From Chiloscyllium plagiosum (taxonomy: Eukaryota), in contig NC_057718.1 in the NCBI RefSeq assembly GCF_004010195.1, forward strand, positions 48,240,378 to 48,304,377: a stretch of 64,000 nucleotides of DNA. Reading direction: 5' to 3'. Positions 1 to 13,072 of the stretch are shown one piece after another. A model generated the notes under the pieces. That model ran no database searches and was not told the DNA's origin. It saw only the letters and a program-made list of their open reading frames with translations. The position numbers and the translations under genes are program-made. How positions within the stretch are numbered: the stretch's first letter is position 1; every line of letters starts with the position of its first letter.

Positions 1-1025
1 GTTCCCTTACCTTATCATTCCTCCCTACCTGACAGGGACATACCTATCAAGGACACGCAATATCTGTTCCTTAAACCAGCTCCATTGTCTGCATCCTGTG
101 CATTTTGCTACCCCATTCTATGCATCCTAATTCTTGCCTAATTGCACTATAATTGCCCTTGCCCCATCGATAACTCTTGACCTGTGGCATGTACCTATTC
201 CTTTCCATCGCTAAACTAAACGTAACTAATTATGGTCACTCTCTCCAAAGTGCTCACCTACAACTAAATCAAACACCTGGCCTGGTTCATTACCAAGCAC
301 CAGATCCAGTGTGGCCTCCCCTCTTGTCGACCCTTTGACATACTGTGTCAGGAAACCCTCCTGTACACATTGAACAAAAATGGATCCATCCGACGTACTA
401 GATTTATAGCATTTTCAGTCAATGTTGGGAAGTTAAAATCCCCCATAATGACCACCCTGTTCCCTTCACTCCTACCCAGAATAATTTTGCTAATCCTCCC
501 TGTAACTTTGCGGAGGCCTATAAAAAACTCCAAGCAGTGTGATCTCTCCTCTCCTGTTTCTAACCTCAGCTCACACTACCTCAGTAGACGAGTCCTCATC
601 AAAAGTTCTCTCAGCCACCATTATACTATCCTTGACTAACAAGGCCACACCTCCCCCTCTTTTACCGCCTTGCCTGTTCTTAATAAAAGATCTAAACCCT
701 GGAAGCTGCAACATCCATTCCTCACCCTGCTCTATCCATGTCTCCAAAATGGCCACAATATCGAAGTTCCAGGTACCTATCCATGTTGCAAGCTCACCTA
801 CCTTTTTTCGGATCCTTCTGGCATTGAAGTAGACACACTTCAAACCACTTTGCTGTCTGCCAGCACATTCCTGTGACTCTGAAATCCTGTCCCTGTCTCA
901 TCCTACTCTCATCCTCCTGTACACTGCAACTACACCTCCGGTTCCCATCCCCCTGTTGAGCTAGTTTAAACCCACCGAATAGCACCAGCAAATTTCCCAC
1001 CCAAGCTATTAGTACCTCTCTGGTT
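1..1025 (-). mobile_element. CR1-type LINE fragment (APE endonuclease region), running off the window edge
   Basis: Minus-strand ORFs KCVYFNARRIRKKVGEL...DIVAILETW...GGGVALLVKD and VVIMGDFNFP are typical CR1 ORF2 endonuclease motifs; frameshifted. Confidence 0.9.
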
Positions 1026-1128
1026 GATCCTGGCTAATGGAGTAATGTGGAGCAGAATACCAGATCGCTCAATGCTCTTCATGTTGTAGAATGTAAACTT
1101 GGGTTAGTGTTTTGTGATTGAAATCTCA

Positions 1129-1250
1129 GCTGACCATGTTGCATTCCTGCAGCACCACACCGAAGCAGTCACCTCGACCATGTGTGAAAGGCCCTTGCAC
1201 CTCTCACAGAACCCTAGAACCAAAACCTACCAGTCTTGGACAGCCTTATA
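1129..1250. repeat. Unclassified 122-bp dispersed repeat (inverted copy at 2583-2704)
   Basis: gctgaccatgttgcattcct...ccagtcttggacagccttata aligns ungapped, roughly 80% identical by eye, to the reverse complement of 2583-2704. Confidence 0.8.
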
Positions 1251-1929
1251 AGTGGACACCAATTCACGCCATATTTCACCCTACATCACACCACATCCAA
1301 TACCACATTTATACTCTGCCACACTATCCAAATTTTATCATTAAGCATCATTTATATAACCGGCGACTTCACCTCCTCCCCACTACACCTAGCTGTTCAC
1401 CTTGTGATGTAGTCTTGTCCACTTAGCAGGTCTGCACTCTGTCAATCAAGCTGTCCATTGACATGCAACCAAAAGAAATGAATTAAGAACTCTGTAGTTA
1501 AAAATTGCAGCGCATTCAGGAAACCGGCTCTACTGAGTTTCCTTATCTTAACTCCCACCCACACATGACACATACTTCTGGGCTATTTAAACAGTCTATT
1601 TGTTTTTTAAAAAACTAAGATTGTCATGAATAATTATTGAATTCAGGCGAAACTATTTTATCTGGAAGGTGTTTAACATGTGAAATTGCTACTTCAAGGA
1701 GTTGTTGTGATTCACATTAATACATTTAAGAGGAAGCTAGAAATCTCAAAGGATACATTGATGGAGTTAAATTAAATAATATACAAGAGAGTTCATCTAG
1801 AGGATAGACACTAGGCTTGAACCAATTAGGATGAATGGCCGACTTTTTCACAAAACTTCCAATGTAATATCAATGACTGGCTCAATGTATTACAACAAAC
1901 TTGAACATCAACAGATCACTTGGTTCTTC

Positions 1930-3345
1930 AGCCAAGTACTTATTGAAAATCATTGCCCTCCTTTTGCTGAACATCATGCGTGGATCCCTCCAATCTAGTT
2001 TCTGTACCAGCCACAGCACTGAGAACTCTTATGTATCAGAGAAGCACTTGCAACGGCTTCTCTTTCTGCTTCCTCTCTCAGTCAACTCTGGAATCCCCCA
2101 AGGATAGAACTTGGCCTCCCCCTTTTTCTCATCCACATCCTGCTATCCCTTCGTGATATCACCCGAAAACATATCTGGTTCCACTGGTACGTCAAAGATG
2201 CCCAGCTCTACCTTGTCAACACCACCTTTGGCACCACCTTGGCCTCTCCAATATGTTAAACAGTTTGTCCAACACCAAATACTGGATGAGTGGAAATTTT
2301 TCCCAATAAATATTGGGAAGACCAAACCCACTGTATTTGGTCCCCAGTACAAGCTCTGTTCCCCAGAGACTAAGTTAATCACTCTCACTGGCAAGAATCT
2401 ACAGACAAATGAGACTGTTAATGATTTTGGTGTTTTGAGTGACTTGAGATGTGATTCTGACCACATATTTGTGCCATCACAAAGACTGCATATTTCTACC
2501 TCAGTGATATTGCCTGACATGAATTGTACGGTAACTCAGTGGTTATACTGCTGTCTTACAGTGCCAGGGACTCAGGTTTGACTATAATACAGTCCAAGAC
2601 TGGTATGTTTTGGTTCCAGGATGCTGTGGGAGGTACAAGGTTCTCGCACACCTGGTCTAAGTGGCTGCTTTGGTGTGGTGCTGTAGGAATGCAACATGGT
2701 CAGCCTTGGGTGGCTGTCTGTGTGGAGTTTGCACATTCTCCCCGTGACTGTGTGTGTTTCTACCTGGTGCTCCATTTTCTCCTACTTTCCAAAGACATGC
2801 AGGTTAGGTGGATTGGCCATGTTAAAAATGGTCCATAATGTCCAGGGATCTATAGTGACGTGGAATTGCCATGGGAATTGTGGTTTAAGGGAAATAGGAA
2901 AGAGGGCTGGGGCTGGATGGGATGCTGTTTGGAGGGTTAGTGCAGACCTGATGAGCCAAATGACTTCTTCAGCACTGTAGGGATTCTTTGATTCTAACCT
3001 ACTTTGGCTAATTAAGTGCTGAAACTCCCATCAATAGCTTTGTTTCCTCCAGATCCTATACCCCTCTGAGATAACTGTGCTCCTCCAATTTTGACCTATT
3101 ATGCATCCCCAATTTCACAACTGGCAATCATGCTTTCAGCTATCTTGACCGCACGCTTTAGAATTTCTTCTCTAACCTCTCTGTCCATCCACTCTTCTTT
3201 CCTCTCTTCAGGGTCTCTTCAGAACTCTCTTCTTTGACCAACCTGTATTGTGATCATCTTATTTAACTCCATCTCAAAATTTATTTGATAATACTCTAAT
3301 TAAACACTTGCTGATGTTTTAATTACATCAAACTTACTATACATC
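1930..3345 (+). mobile_element. Degenerate L2-type LINE 3' portion, interrupted by a SINE
   Basis: SGIPQG remnant at about 2087, INIGKTK remnant at about 2305, and an L2-like 3' region. Confidence 0.65.
2526..2996 (+). mobile_element. HE1-like V-SINE containing a 122-bp insertion (2583-2704)
   Basis: tRNA-like head (ggtaactcagtggtta...ggtttga), V-domain tgtgtggagtttgcacattctccccgtg...ccaaagacatgcaggttagg, and a CR1-derived (gattct) tail. Confidence 0.85.
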
Positions 3346-3696
3346 TGCAATTTGTTATCGTAAGTATTTAAAAAAAACGCTTTTCATTGTTTCTTCCCAT
3401 CTTCCATGGTAGGCTACATTGGCAGTTTAGGGGCAACTCTTTAGCGTATTGCCCCAATCTCTGAAGATGAAATAAAGCCTTTGCTAATGTCAGAGTTCTG
3501 GACGGGAGAAGATATGGAGACTGACAGTGTGTGGGAGTTAAATTGATAGTAGTAAAAATAGTTGTCAACTCCTGCCTCACTTAAATTCACATCTATTAAT
3601 TATCAGCATGAAAGTAGAAAGATTCTTCATTTTAAAGAATGTCAGTGATAGCACTTCTGGAAGGAATAAACCGGAAAGAATGGTGAATGCTGGAAA

Positions 3697-3787
3697 GGTC
3701 TGAAGAAGGGTCACTGGACCCGAAAAATTAACTTTGATTTCTCTCCACAGACCTGCTGAGATTTTCCAGCGATTTGTGTTGTTGTTT
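3697..3787 (+). mobile_element. Penelope-like terminal fragment with decayed hammerhead motif
   Basis: CTGAAGA-A-GGGTC-ACTG-GACCC-GAAA at 3700-3725, followed by the tail ctctccacagacctgctgagattttccagc. The helix III palindrome is mutated. Confidence 0.65.
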
Positions 3788-4096
3788 ATAATATTTCTGT
3801 TCAGAGCTGTCCATCATCAATATTATCTAAATTATATACAATGCAAATAAAGAAAAAAACTGTGTACCTTACAGAGTCGGTGCCTTCAGAAGAAAAGGAA
3901 AGCTGGACGCTCAAAACAATTGGAAATAAGTTTTCATACCAATGACTGTGAGGCTTTGCACAGTCTTGGATTGAAAGAATTGACTATCTTTTTTATAAGT
4001 AAAATGTCATAGAATAAGTGTCTAGCTTTGTACTGTGTGCTATTGAACTGACCCTAAAATGGATGCCGACAGTGAGGTCATAGAACTATAGTTTTA

Positions 4097-6645
4097 AAAA
4101 AAATATTCATTTGTGGGATGTGGGCATTGCTAGCTGGCCAGTATTTATTGCCCGTCCCTAGTTGCCATTGAGAAGGTGGAAGTGAGCTGCCTTCTTGGAC
4201 CGTTGCAGTCCACCTGCTGTGGGTTGATCCACAATGCCACGAGGGAGCGAATTCCTTCACTGTCACTGGGTCCAAAACTTGGAACAATCATATGTTTCCA
4301 AGTCAGAATGGTGAGTAGCTTATAGGGGAACTTGGAGGTGGTGGTGTTCCCATTTATCTGCTGCCCTTGTCCTTTGAGATGGAAATGATCGTGTTTTTGG
4401 AAGATGCTGTCTGAGGATCTTTGGTAAATTTCTGCCGTGTATCTTGTAGGTAGCACACACAGTTGGTACTGAGTGTCAGTGGTGGCTAGAGTGGATGCTT
4501 GTGGATATTCAGCCTGGAGTCCAATTACTAGTGGTGTGCCACAAGGATCTGTTTTGGGACCACTGCTCTTTGTCATTTTTATAAATGACTTAGACACAGG
4601 AATAGGTGGATGGATTAGTAAATTTGCAAATGACACTGAAGTTGGTGGAGTAGTGGACAGTTTGGAAGAATATTACAGATTGTAGGGGGACTTGGATAAA
4701 CTGCAGAATTGGGCTGAGAAGTGGCAAATGGAGTTCAATGCAGCTAAATGTGAGGTGATGCACTTTGGGAAGAATAACAGGAAGGCAGAATACTGAGTCA
4801 ATGGAAAGATTCTTGGTAGTGTGGATGTGAAGAGGGATCTTGGAATCCATGTACATAGATCCCTGAAAGTTGCCACCCAGGTGGATAGTGCTGTTAAGTT
4901 TCATTCGTGAGGGAATGAGTTCTGGAGCTGCAATATCATGCTGCAACTATACAAAATGCTAGTGTGGCCACACTTGGAATATTGTGTACAGTTCTGGTCC
5001 CCATATTTCGGGAAGGAAGTGGAAGCATTGGAAAAGGTGCAGAGGAGATTTACCAGGATGTTGCCTGGTCTGGAGGGAAGGTCTTATGAGGAAAGGCTGA
5101 GAACTTGGATCTATTCTCATTGGAAAGAAGAAGGCTAAGAGGGGATTTGATAAAGACATACAAGATGATCAGAGGATTAGATAGGGTAGACAGTGAAAAT
5201 CTTTTTCCTAGGATGATGATGTCAGCTTGTACGAGGGGACATAACTACAAACTGAGGGGTGATAGACTTAAAACAGATGTCAGAGGCAGGTTCTTTACAC
5301 AGAAGGGCGTGAAATGCCCTACCTGCTAATGTAGTCAACTCAGCCACATTAGGGAGATTTAAACAATCCTTAGATAAGCACATGGATGATGATGGGATAG
5401 TGTAGCGGGAACGAGTGGAGAATAGTTCACAGGTCAGTGCAACATCGAAGGCCGAAGGGCCTGTTCTGCGATGTATTGTTCTAAGTTCTATGTTCTAAGT
5501 GAGCTGCTTTGTCCTGGAAGGTGTCAAGCTTCTTGGGTGTTGTTGGGGCTGCACTCATCCAGGCAAGTGGGAAGTATTCCATCACACTGCTGACATATGT
5601 TTTGTAGATTATGGACAGGCTTTGGGCAATAAAGAGGTGTGTTACTCGCCTTTGAGCCACTGTTGTAGACTCTGTGTTTGTGTGGTGAGTCCAATTGAGT
5701 TTCTTATCAATGATAACTCCCAGGATATTGATAATGGGGCATTCAGTGATGGTAACACCATTTAATGTCAAGGGGTGGTGGTTAAATTTTCTCTTATTGG
5801 TGATGGTCATAGCCTGGCATTTGGTGTGGTGCGAATGTTACTTACCACTTGTCAGCCCAAGCCTGGATATTGTCCAGATCTAGTTGCATTTGGACACGGA
5901 CTGCTTCAATATCTGCTTATGATGCTGAATATTGTGTATTCATTAGTGAACATCTCCACTTTTGTTCTTATTTTGGAGCGAAGGTCATTAATGAAGCAGC
6001 TGAAGATGGTTAGGCTTGGGACACTACCCTGAGGAACCCCTGCAGAGATGTCCTGGAGCTGAGATGACTGACCTCCAACAGCCACAACCATCTTCCTATG
6101 TGTCAGGTATGACTAACCACTGGAGAGTTTGCCCCCTGATACTCATTGATTCCAGTTTTACAAGAGCTCCTTGATGCCACACTCAGTCAACTGCAGCCTT
6201 GATGTTCAAGGGCTGTCACTCTCACCTCACCTTTGGAATTCAGCTGTTTTCTCCATGTTTGAACCAAGGCTGTAATGAGGTCAGTAGCTGAGTGGCCCTG
6301 GTGGAACCCAAACTGGGGTCACTGAGCTGGTTATTGCCGAGCAATGCTGCTTGGTAACACTGTTGATGACACCTTCCATCACTTTGGAGCAGTAATTGGC
6401 TGGGTTGGATTTGTCCTGCTTTTCACTTACAGGACATGGGCAATTTTCCGCATTGTTGGGTACATGCCAGTGTAGTAACTGTACTGGAACAGCTTGGCGA
6501 GGGGAACAGCAAGTTGTGGAGCACAAGTCTTCAGTATTATTGCCGGAATGTTGTCAGGGCCCGTGGCATTTGCAGTATCCATTGCCTCCAACCTTTTCTT
6601 GATATCACGGGCATTGAATAAAAATTGGCTGAAGATTGGTATCTG
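4097..6645 (-). mobile_element. CR1/L2-group LINE 3' half, split by a younger CR1 at 4506-5498
   Basis: Minus-strand RT motifs DISAGVPQGSVPSLTIFSCFINDL, INILGVIIDKKLNWTHH and KLDTFQDKAAHL. The 3' end ...gcccacatcccacaaatgaata lies near 4100. Confidence 0.85.
4506..5498 (+). mobile_element. CR1 (HER1-like) LINE, 5'-truncated
   Basis: [39 protein letters not shown] and LERRRLRGDLI motifs; (gttcta)n tail. Confidence 0.92.
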
Positions 6646-6647
6646 TA

Positions 6648-7565
6648 ACAGAAACTAGGAAACATAGAAAATAGGTGCAGGAGTAGATCATTTTGCCCTT
6701 CTAGACTGTACCATCAGGTAATAGGAACATGGTTGATCATGATCAGTATCCCATTCCCACATTCTCTCCACACCCCTTGATACCTTTAGCCACAAGGGCC
6801 ATGTCCAGCTCCTTCTTGAATATATCTAACAAAAGAGCTCCCAACAGTTTTCTGTGGGAGAGAATTCCACAGGTTCACAACTCTGAGCAGAGAAGTTCTT
6901 CCTCATCTCAGTCCTGAATGGCTTACCCCTAATTCTTAGACTGTGACCCCTAGTTCTGGGCTTCCCAGCATCAGGAACATTCTTCCTGCATCTAGCCTGA
7001 CCATACCCATCAGGATTTGTTTCTATGAGTTGCCCTCCCCCCAACCCTCAGTATTTTAAATTGCAGCAAGTACAAGCCCAATCGAGCCAGTCTTTCTTCA
7101 TATGTCTGTCCTGCCATCCCGGGAATCTATCCGGTGAACTCTACTGGACTCTCTCAAGAGCAAGCATGTCCTTCCTCAGACTAAAAGGCCAAATCTGCAC
7201 ACAATACTCAAGATGTGGCCTCACTAAGACCCTGTATAACTGCATCAAGACATCCCTACTTCGATACTCAAATCCTCTCGCTATGAAGGCCAGCCCGCCG
7301 TTAGCTTTCCTCAATGTCTAGTGCACCTGCATGCCAATCTTCAGCGACTGTTCCACCATGACACCCAGGTCTTGTTGCACCTCACCTTTTCTTAAACTGC
7401 CACCATTCAGATAATAATCTGCCTTCCTGGATAACCACACATTTACCCACATCATATTGCATCTGTCTAATCAGCCAGCCTGTCCAAGTCACCCTGTAGC
7501 CTCTTAGCATCCTCCTCGCAGCACACACTGCCACTTAGCTTTGTGTCATCTGCAAATTTGGAAAT
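6648..7565 (-). mobile_element. CR1 LINE 3' fragment
   Basis: Minus-strand RTRGHSLRIRGKPFRTEMRKNF and KFADDTKL; tail at about 6650. Confidence 0.88.
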
Positions 7566-7939
7566 TGTTACTGAATATTGTGAAGTTTTTGTAATGCTGG
7601 GGACCACTGGAGGAGGCCATGATTAGTCCTCAGCACTTCTGGAGTGAGGCAGGAGGCACATTATTACAGGATTGCATTGCATTTCTTTCCCCAACATCCC
7701 CATTTTATACAAAAAACAAAACTAAAGCATGCATTTTCACTTATACTGAGTTACCCATCATGCAAACAACTGTTCTCATGTATTAACGGTTTGTAACTCT
7801 TGGCAGTTTCTGTACATGCATCCAAAGTCTTTAATCATTGCCAGTCTCTTAAAGGTACATTGAATGTTCATCTAAGTGAGTTTCTTTCTCCAGTGTTATT
7901 CAGTGTTGTTTATTGCTACTGTGGTTATTGTTGTTTTTC

Positions 7940-8560
7940 ATGTTCCAATTTTGGGCGATTGTGAACCCTTTGGACTGATGGTTGATCTGTGGTTTGTGTA
8001 GATAGTGAATTCACATCTTCTTGATTGGTCAGTCACCTGCACTGAAGAAACAGCTTCTCCAGTTGCGTGCTTGTGACTGCAGTTGTCATGGTCCATTAGT
8101 TGTTCAGGTCCACAGTTTATGACTTGAGGTGACAACTGCTCTACGCGGGCCTTAAATTGTTATCTGAGCCACAGCTTGTTGAGAATGTTGAAAGTTTGTG
8201 GCCTGATTGGCAATGATGCAGCAGTTTTATGAAAATGAAATTTGTCTTTCTGCTGTTTCATCTTGATTTTGTCATTCACGCTTATTTCTACTTCTGGCTT
8301 CAGTAACTTATTGCTATTGCAATGGCTGGGCAATCTTTTTCTAGCTGAGTATATTATTTTGTTTGTGTTAATTCACTGGATGCAAATGCAACCTTCCTTC
8401 CTTCCTTATGGGATGTTCCAAGTCACACTGGCATTAAACTACAGGATGACTTTTTCAGTTCCATCACAATCATTCCACATTGGCGTGGCCATCATTGGTT
8501 TGAACTTAGCGTTGGGGCACAGAACAAGCAGCCATGTTCACTATCAACCTACTTCCTAGT
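7940..8560 (-). mobile_element. Highly degenerate Ty3/Gypsy pol remnant (RNase H region)
   Basis: The minus strand around 8335-8400 reads GRKVAFASSELTQTK*YTQLEK, resembling the Gypsy RNase H motif PVAFASRxLTxTExRYAQIEKE. Confidence 0.55.
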
Positions 8561-8624
8561 TCCCTACATTCTGCTTGCAGAACCTCATCCCTTTTTCTAT
8601 CTATGGCATTGGTACCAGTATGTC

Positions 8625-9475
8625 CCAGGATATAGATGGGTGGTCAGATCTGTCTCAAATGGAATTCAATCAGGATAGGTATGAGGTGATGCATTTGGGA
8701 CAAACAAGGCAAGGGAATGCATGTTGAATGCTTGGATCCTGGGAAGCACCAAGGATCAGAAGGACCTTTGGTGTGCATGTCTATTGGTCCCTTAAGGTAG
8801 CAGGACAGCTAGATTAAAGTGGTTCAGAAAGCATTTGGGATACTTGCCTTTAATGAGCCAAGGCACAGAGTTTAAGAGCTGGAAGGTTAGGCAATATGTA
8901 TTTGTGTATATATTGTTTAAAAGGTTGGTTAGGCCACAACTACAGTATTGTGTGTAGTCTGAAATCCACATTGTAGGAGGGATGTAGAATGCAGAGGAAA
9001 CTTACTAGCATGTTACCTGGGCTGGAGAGTTTTAGTTATGAAGAGAAAATGGACAGACTGGGATTGTTTGCCTTTGAGCAGAGGAGACTGGTAGGGGACA
9101 AGATTGAGGACAATAAAATTATGAAGGGTGTAGATAAGGTAGACAGGAAGCAACCTTTCCTGTTATAGGAGGAATCAATGACCGGGGGCATATCTTTAAG
9201 ATAAAGAGAAGGGGGCTTACAGGATATACAAGGAAAGGCTTTTCTATCCCAGAGGGTAGTGATAGTCTGGAACTCAGTGTAAGGATGGTACAGATGAAAT
9301 CCTAATAACATCTAAGAAGTTTTTAGATGAGCACTTGCAATGCCAAGGCATACAAGGCTATGGGCCAAATGCTAGAAAATGGAATTAGAATAGTTAAGTA
9401 CAAGGTTTTTACCAGCACAGACATAATGAGCCAAAAGGCCTTTATCTCTGCTGTAGACTTCAATATCTGTATGCC
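8625..9475 (+). mobile_element. Degenerate CR1 LINE 3' fragment
   Basis: QMEFNQDRYEVMHLG and LFAFEQRRL remnants; CR1 3' UTR. Confidence 0.8.
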
Positions 9476-10406
9476 TCTAAAGGCGAAATGGAATTCAACA
9501 CTTGCAGCACTGGGACCATGCATCAGCTGGAGGGCAGCACTGCCATGGCCTTTCTGATACCTTGGTCTGACTTAGTGCTAATTGGGCACTTACCTGGTTA
9601 TTGTTGGGGTCACTATTATGGCCAGGGCAACAATTGTGCCTTCAAGAACTGCTGACCCATCAGAGGCCTGCAACTCTCCATGAGCAGTAAAGTAACTCGG
9701 AGCACTGGCCAATGCTGGTACTGAAGCAGTAGGTCTGGAATGCAGGGTTGCAGCTGGATTCCTGGAATGAGTGTAAGTTGGGTGGAAATGCCAGAGTCAG
9801 TTAGAAAGTCATATAGCATGGAAACAAACACTCTAATACAATTATTCTGATGACTGTCTTATGCCCAAAACATCAATTCTCCTGGTCTTCAGATGCTGCC
9901 TGACCTGCTGTGCTCTTCCAGCACCACACTCTCGACTCCAATACATCTCGTCTATACCATCCAAATTTACCAATGTAAAGTAGCCCGGTTTGGCCCATAT
10001 CCCTCGAAACCTTTCCTATTCATGTACCTGTCCGAATTTCTTTTAAATGTTGTTATTGTACCTGCACATACCACTTCCCCTGGCAGTTCATTCTTATTTG
10101 AACCAACCTCTGCATGAAAAGGTTACTCCTCTAGTCCCTTTTAAATCTTTCTCCTCTCACCTTTAAAAATATGCCTCCTAATTTTGAACTACCATTCCCC
10201 CCTCCCACCCTCCTAGAGAAAAGACCTTTGCTATTTACCTTATCTATGTTCCTCATGCTTCTGTAAATCTCTATAAGGTCACCCCTCAACCTCTTAAGCT
10301 CCAATCAAAAAGGTTCCAGACTATCCTTAGATATAGACCCAACAACTCTGGATTAGTGGTGCTGGAAGAGCACAGCAGTTCAGGCAGCATCCGAGGAGCA
10401 GTAAAA

Positions 10407-10438
10407 TCGACGTTTCGGGCAAAAGCCCTTCGTCAGGA
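10407..10438 (-). ncRNA. Minimal hammerhead ribozyme motif (PLE-associated)
   Basis: Minus strand: UC-CUGACGA-A-GGGC-UUUU-GCCC-GAAA-CGUC-GA. Intact core, helix II hairpin and palindromic ACGU helix III. Confidence 0.8.
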
Positions 10439-10553
10439 ATAAAGGCAGAGAGCCTGAAGCGTGGAGAGATAAGCTAGAGGAGGGTGGGTGGGGGGGAGAA
10501 AGTAGCATAGAGTACAATAGGTGAGTGGGGGAGGGGATGATGGTGATAGGTCG

Positions 10554-10993
10554 NNNNNNNNNNNNNNNNNNNNNNNNNNNNNNNNNNNNNNNNNNNNNNN
10601 NNNNNNNNNNNNNNNNNNNNNNNNNNNNNNNNNNNNNNNNNNNNNNNNNNNNNNNNNNNNNNNNNNNNNNNNNNNNNNNNNNNNNNNNNNNNNNNNNNNN
10701 NNNNNNNNNNNNNNNNNNNNNNNNNNNNNNNNNNNNNNNNNNNNNNNNNNNNNNNNNNNNNNNNNNNNNNNNNNNNNNNNNNNNNNNNNNNNNNNNNNNN
10801 NNNNNNNNNNNNNNNNNNNNNNNNNNNNNNNNNNNNNNNNNNNNNNNNNNNNNNNNNNNNNNNNNNNNNNNNNNNNNNNNNNNNNNNNNNNNNNNNNNNN
10901 NNNNNNNNNNNNNNNNNNNNNNNNNNNNNNNNNNNNNNNNNNNNNNNNNNNNNNNNNNNNNNNNNNNNNNNNNNNNNNNNNNNNNNNNNNNNN
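10554..10993. other. Assembly gap (440 N)
   Basis: Run of N. Confidence 1.
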
Positions 10994-12456
10994 GGCGGAT
11001 GATTTGGTTTATGCGAAGGTTGGTAGGGTGGAAGATGAGCACCAGGGGCATTCTGTCCTTGTTACGGTTGGAGAGGTGGGGTCTGAGGGCGGAGGTGCAG
11101 GATGTGGATGAGATGCATTGGAGGGCATCTTTAACCACGTGGGAAGGGAAATTGTGGTCTCTAAAGAAGGAGGCCATCTGGTGTGTTCTTTGGTGGAACT
11201 GGTCCTCCTGGGAGCAGATACGGCGGAGGCGGAGGAATTGGGAATACGGGATGGCATTTTTGCAAGAGGTAGGTATAGTCCCAACAACACCTGGTAAATC
11301 TTTTCAGAACACACTCCAATTTAAAAATATTCTTCCTCAAGCAGGGCGACCAGAACTACACAGTGCTCCTAAAGCAGTCTCACCAAAGTCCTGTACAATC
11401 TTAACATGAAGTCCTAACTCCTATACAATGGTCTGAGCAATGAAGGCAAGTGTGATAAATGCCTTCTTAACCATCCTTTCTACCTGTGATGCAACTTTCA
11501 AAGAACTATGTATTTAAACCCCAAGGTCTCTCTTTTTACAACATTACCTAGAGCTCTACAATTAACAGTATAAGTCCTGCTCTTGTTTGTTTTACCAAAA
11601 TGTAATATCTCGCATTTATCAAAATTAAACTCTATCCACTCCTCAGCTCACTTGTCCAATTGATCAAGATCTCTATATCTCAGATAACTTTCCTCACTCT
11701 TGATTGTACTACCAATTTTGGTGTCTTCTACAAACTTACTAACTATGCATCCTAAATTCTCATCCAAATTATTTATATAAATGACAAACAAAAGTGGAAC
11801 CAGCACTGATCCCTGTGGAACTCTGCTGGTCACAGGTCTCCAGTCTGAAAAACAACCTTCCATTATCACTCGTTGTCTCCTACCATCAAGCCAATTTTGT
11901 ATCCAATTGGCAAGCTGTTCTTGAATCCCATGTGATCTAAATTTATTAATTAGTTTACCATGTGGAGCTCTGTCAAAGGCAGTTGAGGAGGATCCTGTAA
12001 GTTGAAGAGGTGATGGTGATGTTGGGCCTAAAATAAAGGTCAGCTGGGGCCTTCACCCATGCGGCTCTAGGAAATCTTCCCACCACCTTCTTTTCCCCAA
12101 GGATAATTTAATCCCTTCTCATAACCAAAGCTCCTCATTTCTGGAACCATTCTGAAACCTCTCCCATGCCTTTGCATCCTTTCTAATGCAAAGCATCCAG
12201 AACTGTACATACTACTTCAGTTGAGGTCAAGCCACTATTTTATACAAGTCTATCATAACTTCTTTGCTTTAGTACTCTATGCTCCTGTTTATGAAGCCCA
12301 AGATCCTATGTGCATTTATACCCATCTCTTATCCTGCTTGGCTGTTTTAAATGATGTGTACACAAAAACTCCAAGTCGCTTTGATCCTACACAAACTTTA
12401 GAATTGTATCCCTTATTTTGTATTGTTCACAATATGTACATTTCATTATTAAAGTA

Positions 12457-12685
12457 CAGGTCAATCTGCTCTAATGTGATAGTTGCATTCCTCTATAACC
12501 TTGTGCTGTAGAAAATCGCATTATGGAAAGCCGATACAGAAAATCGCATTGTAGAAGATCACTAATAGAAAATCATTGTACCCATTCAGTAGAAAGTTTG
12601 TGTTTTCCAAACAATGTCTGTCCTTCATCGATCATGTTATAGCCAATTCATGCTGATGAAACGTGCATTATAACAGAATGACCTG
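12457..12685. mobile_element. Tc1/mariner-pogo-type MITE (229 bp)
   Basis: Left TIR CAGGTCAATCTGCTCTAATG matches the reverse complement of the right end (CAGGTCATTCTGTTATAATG) at 17/20. Left flank TA, right flank TC. Internal repeats of agaaaatc(gc)att occur three times. Confidence 0.75.
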
Positions 12686-13072
12686 TCGATTATAATGAAG
12701 AAAACGGTATTGATTAAGTATCCTTAGCAGTTACAAAGAATGAATTAGTATAAATTTAATTTAATTTGTTTATTTTAAGGCTTTTTTGGTGACAGCACCC
12801 TTTAATTGGATGTCCTTTACTTACTTGTTTTATTTGATTACTGTATTCTCAAAAGGTATACACAGAGTTTCATGTCTACGCCCCAGTGTCCTTAGAGATG
12901 GAATGCATGGTGCCCACTAGTGCACTTGGTCATTGGCAGTGCAGGGGTTGGACATAACACCAGCACACAAATGATATTTTAGTAAGTTTTCATTATAGGT
13001 TTTATTTGAAGTTACAGTAAAGTCATAGATCCCCCTTGAAATAGACATTTAATCATTTGATTATCAATCTAG

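Larger units (their letters stand above)
10347..11273 (-). mobile_element. Penelope-like element (Neptune-type) 3' fragment spanning the assembly gap
   Basis: Minus strand gives KNAIPYSQFLRLRRICSQEDQFHQRTHQMASFFRDHNFP and a terminal hammerhead. Flanked by a 15-bp TSD tatag(a/t)cccaacaac at 10332-10346 and 11274-11288. Confidence 0.9.
9800..11980 (-). mobile_element. CR1 LINE, interrupted by PLE pieces at about 9846-9937 and 10347-11273
   Basis: Minus-strand VTSRVPQGSVLVPLLFVIYINNLD...KFVEDTKIG; CR1 3' UTR at about 9800-10330. Confidence 0.85.

Noticed and set aside
2526..2582. tRNA genes here and at about 13330-13398 and 59945-60015
   Set aside because: These are SINE heads with A/B boxes followed by SINE bodies, with no complete cloverleaf.
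10380..11409. Long ORFs of 196-294 aa
   Set aside because: Artefacts of reading through the N gap inside a PLE.
12505..12580. CRISPR-like repeat-spacer pattern
   Set aside because: Three short imperfect repeats inside a MITE, in eukaryotic DNA with no cas genes.
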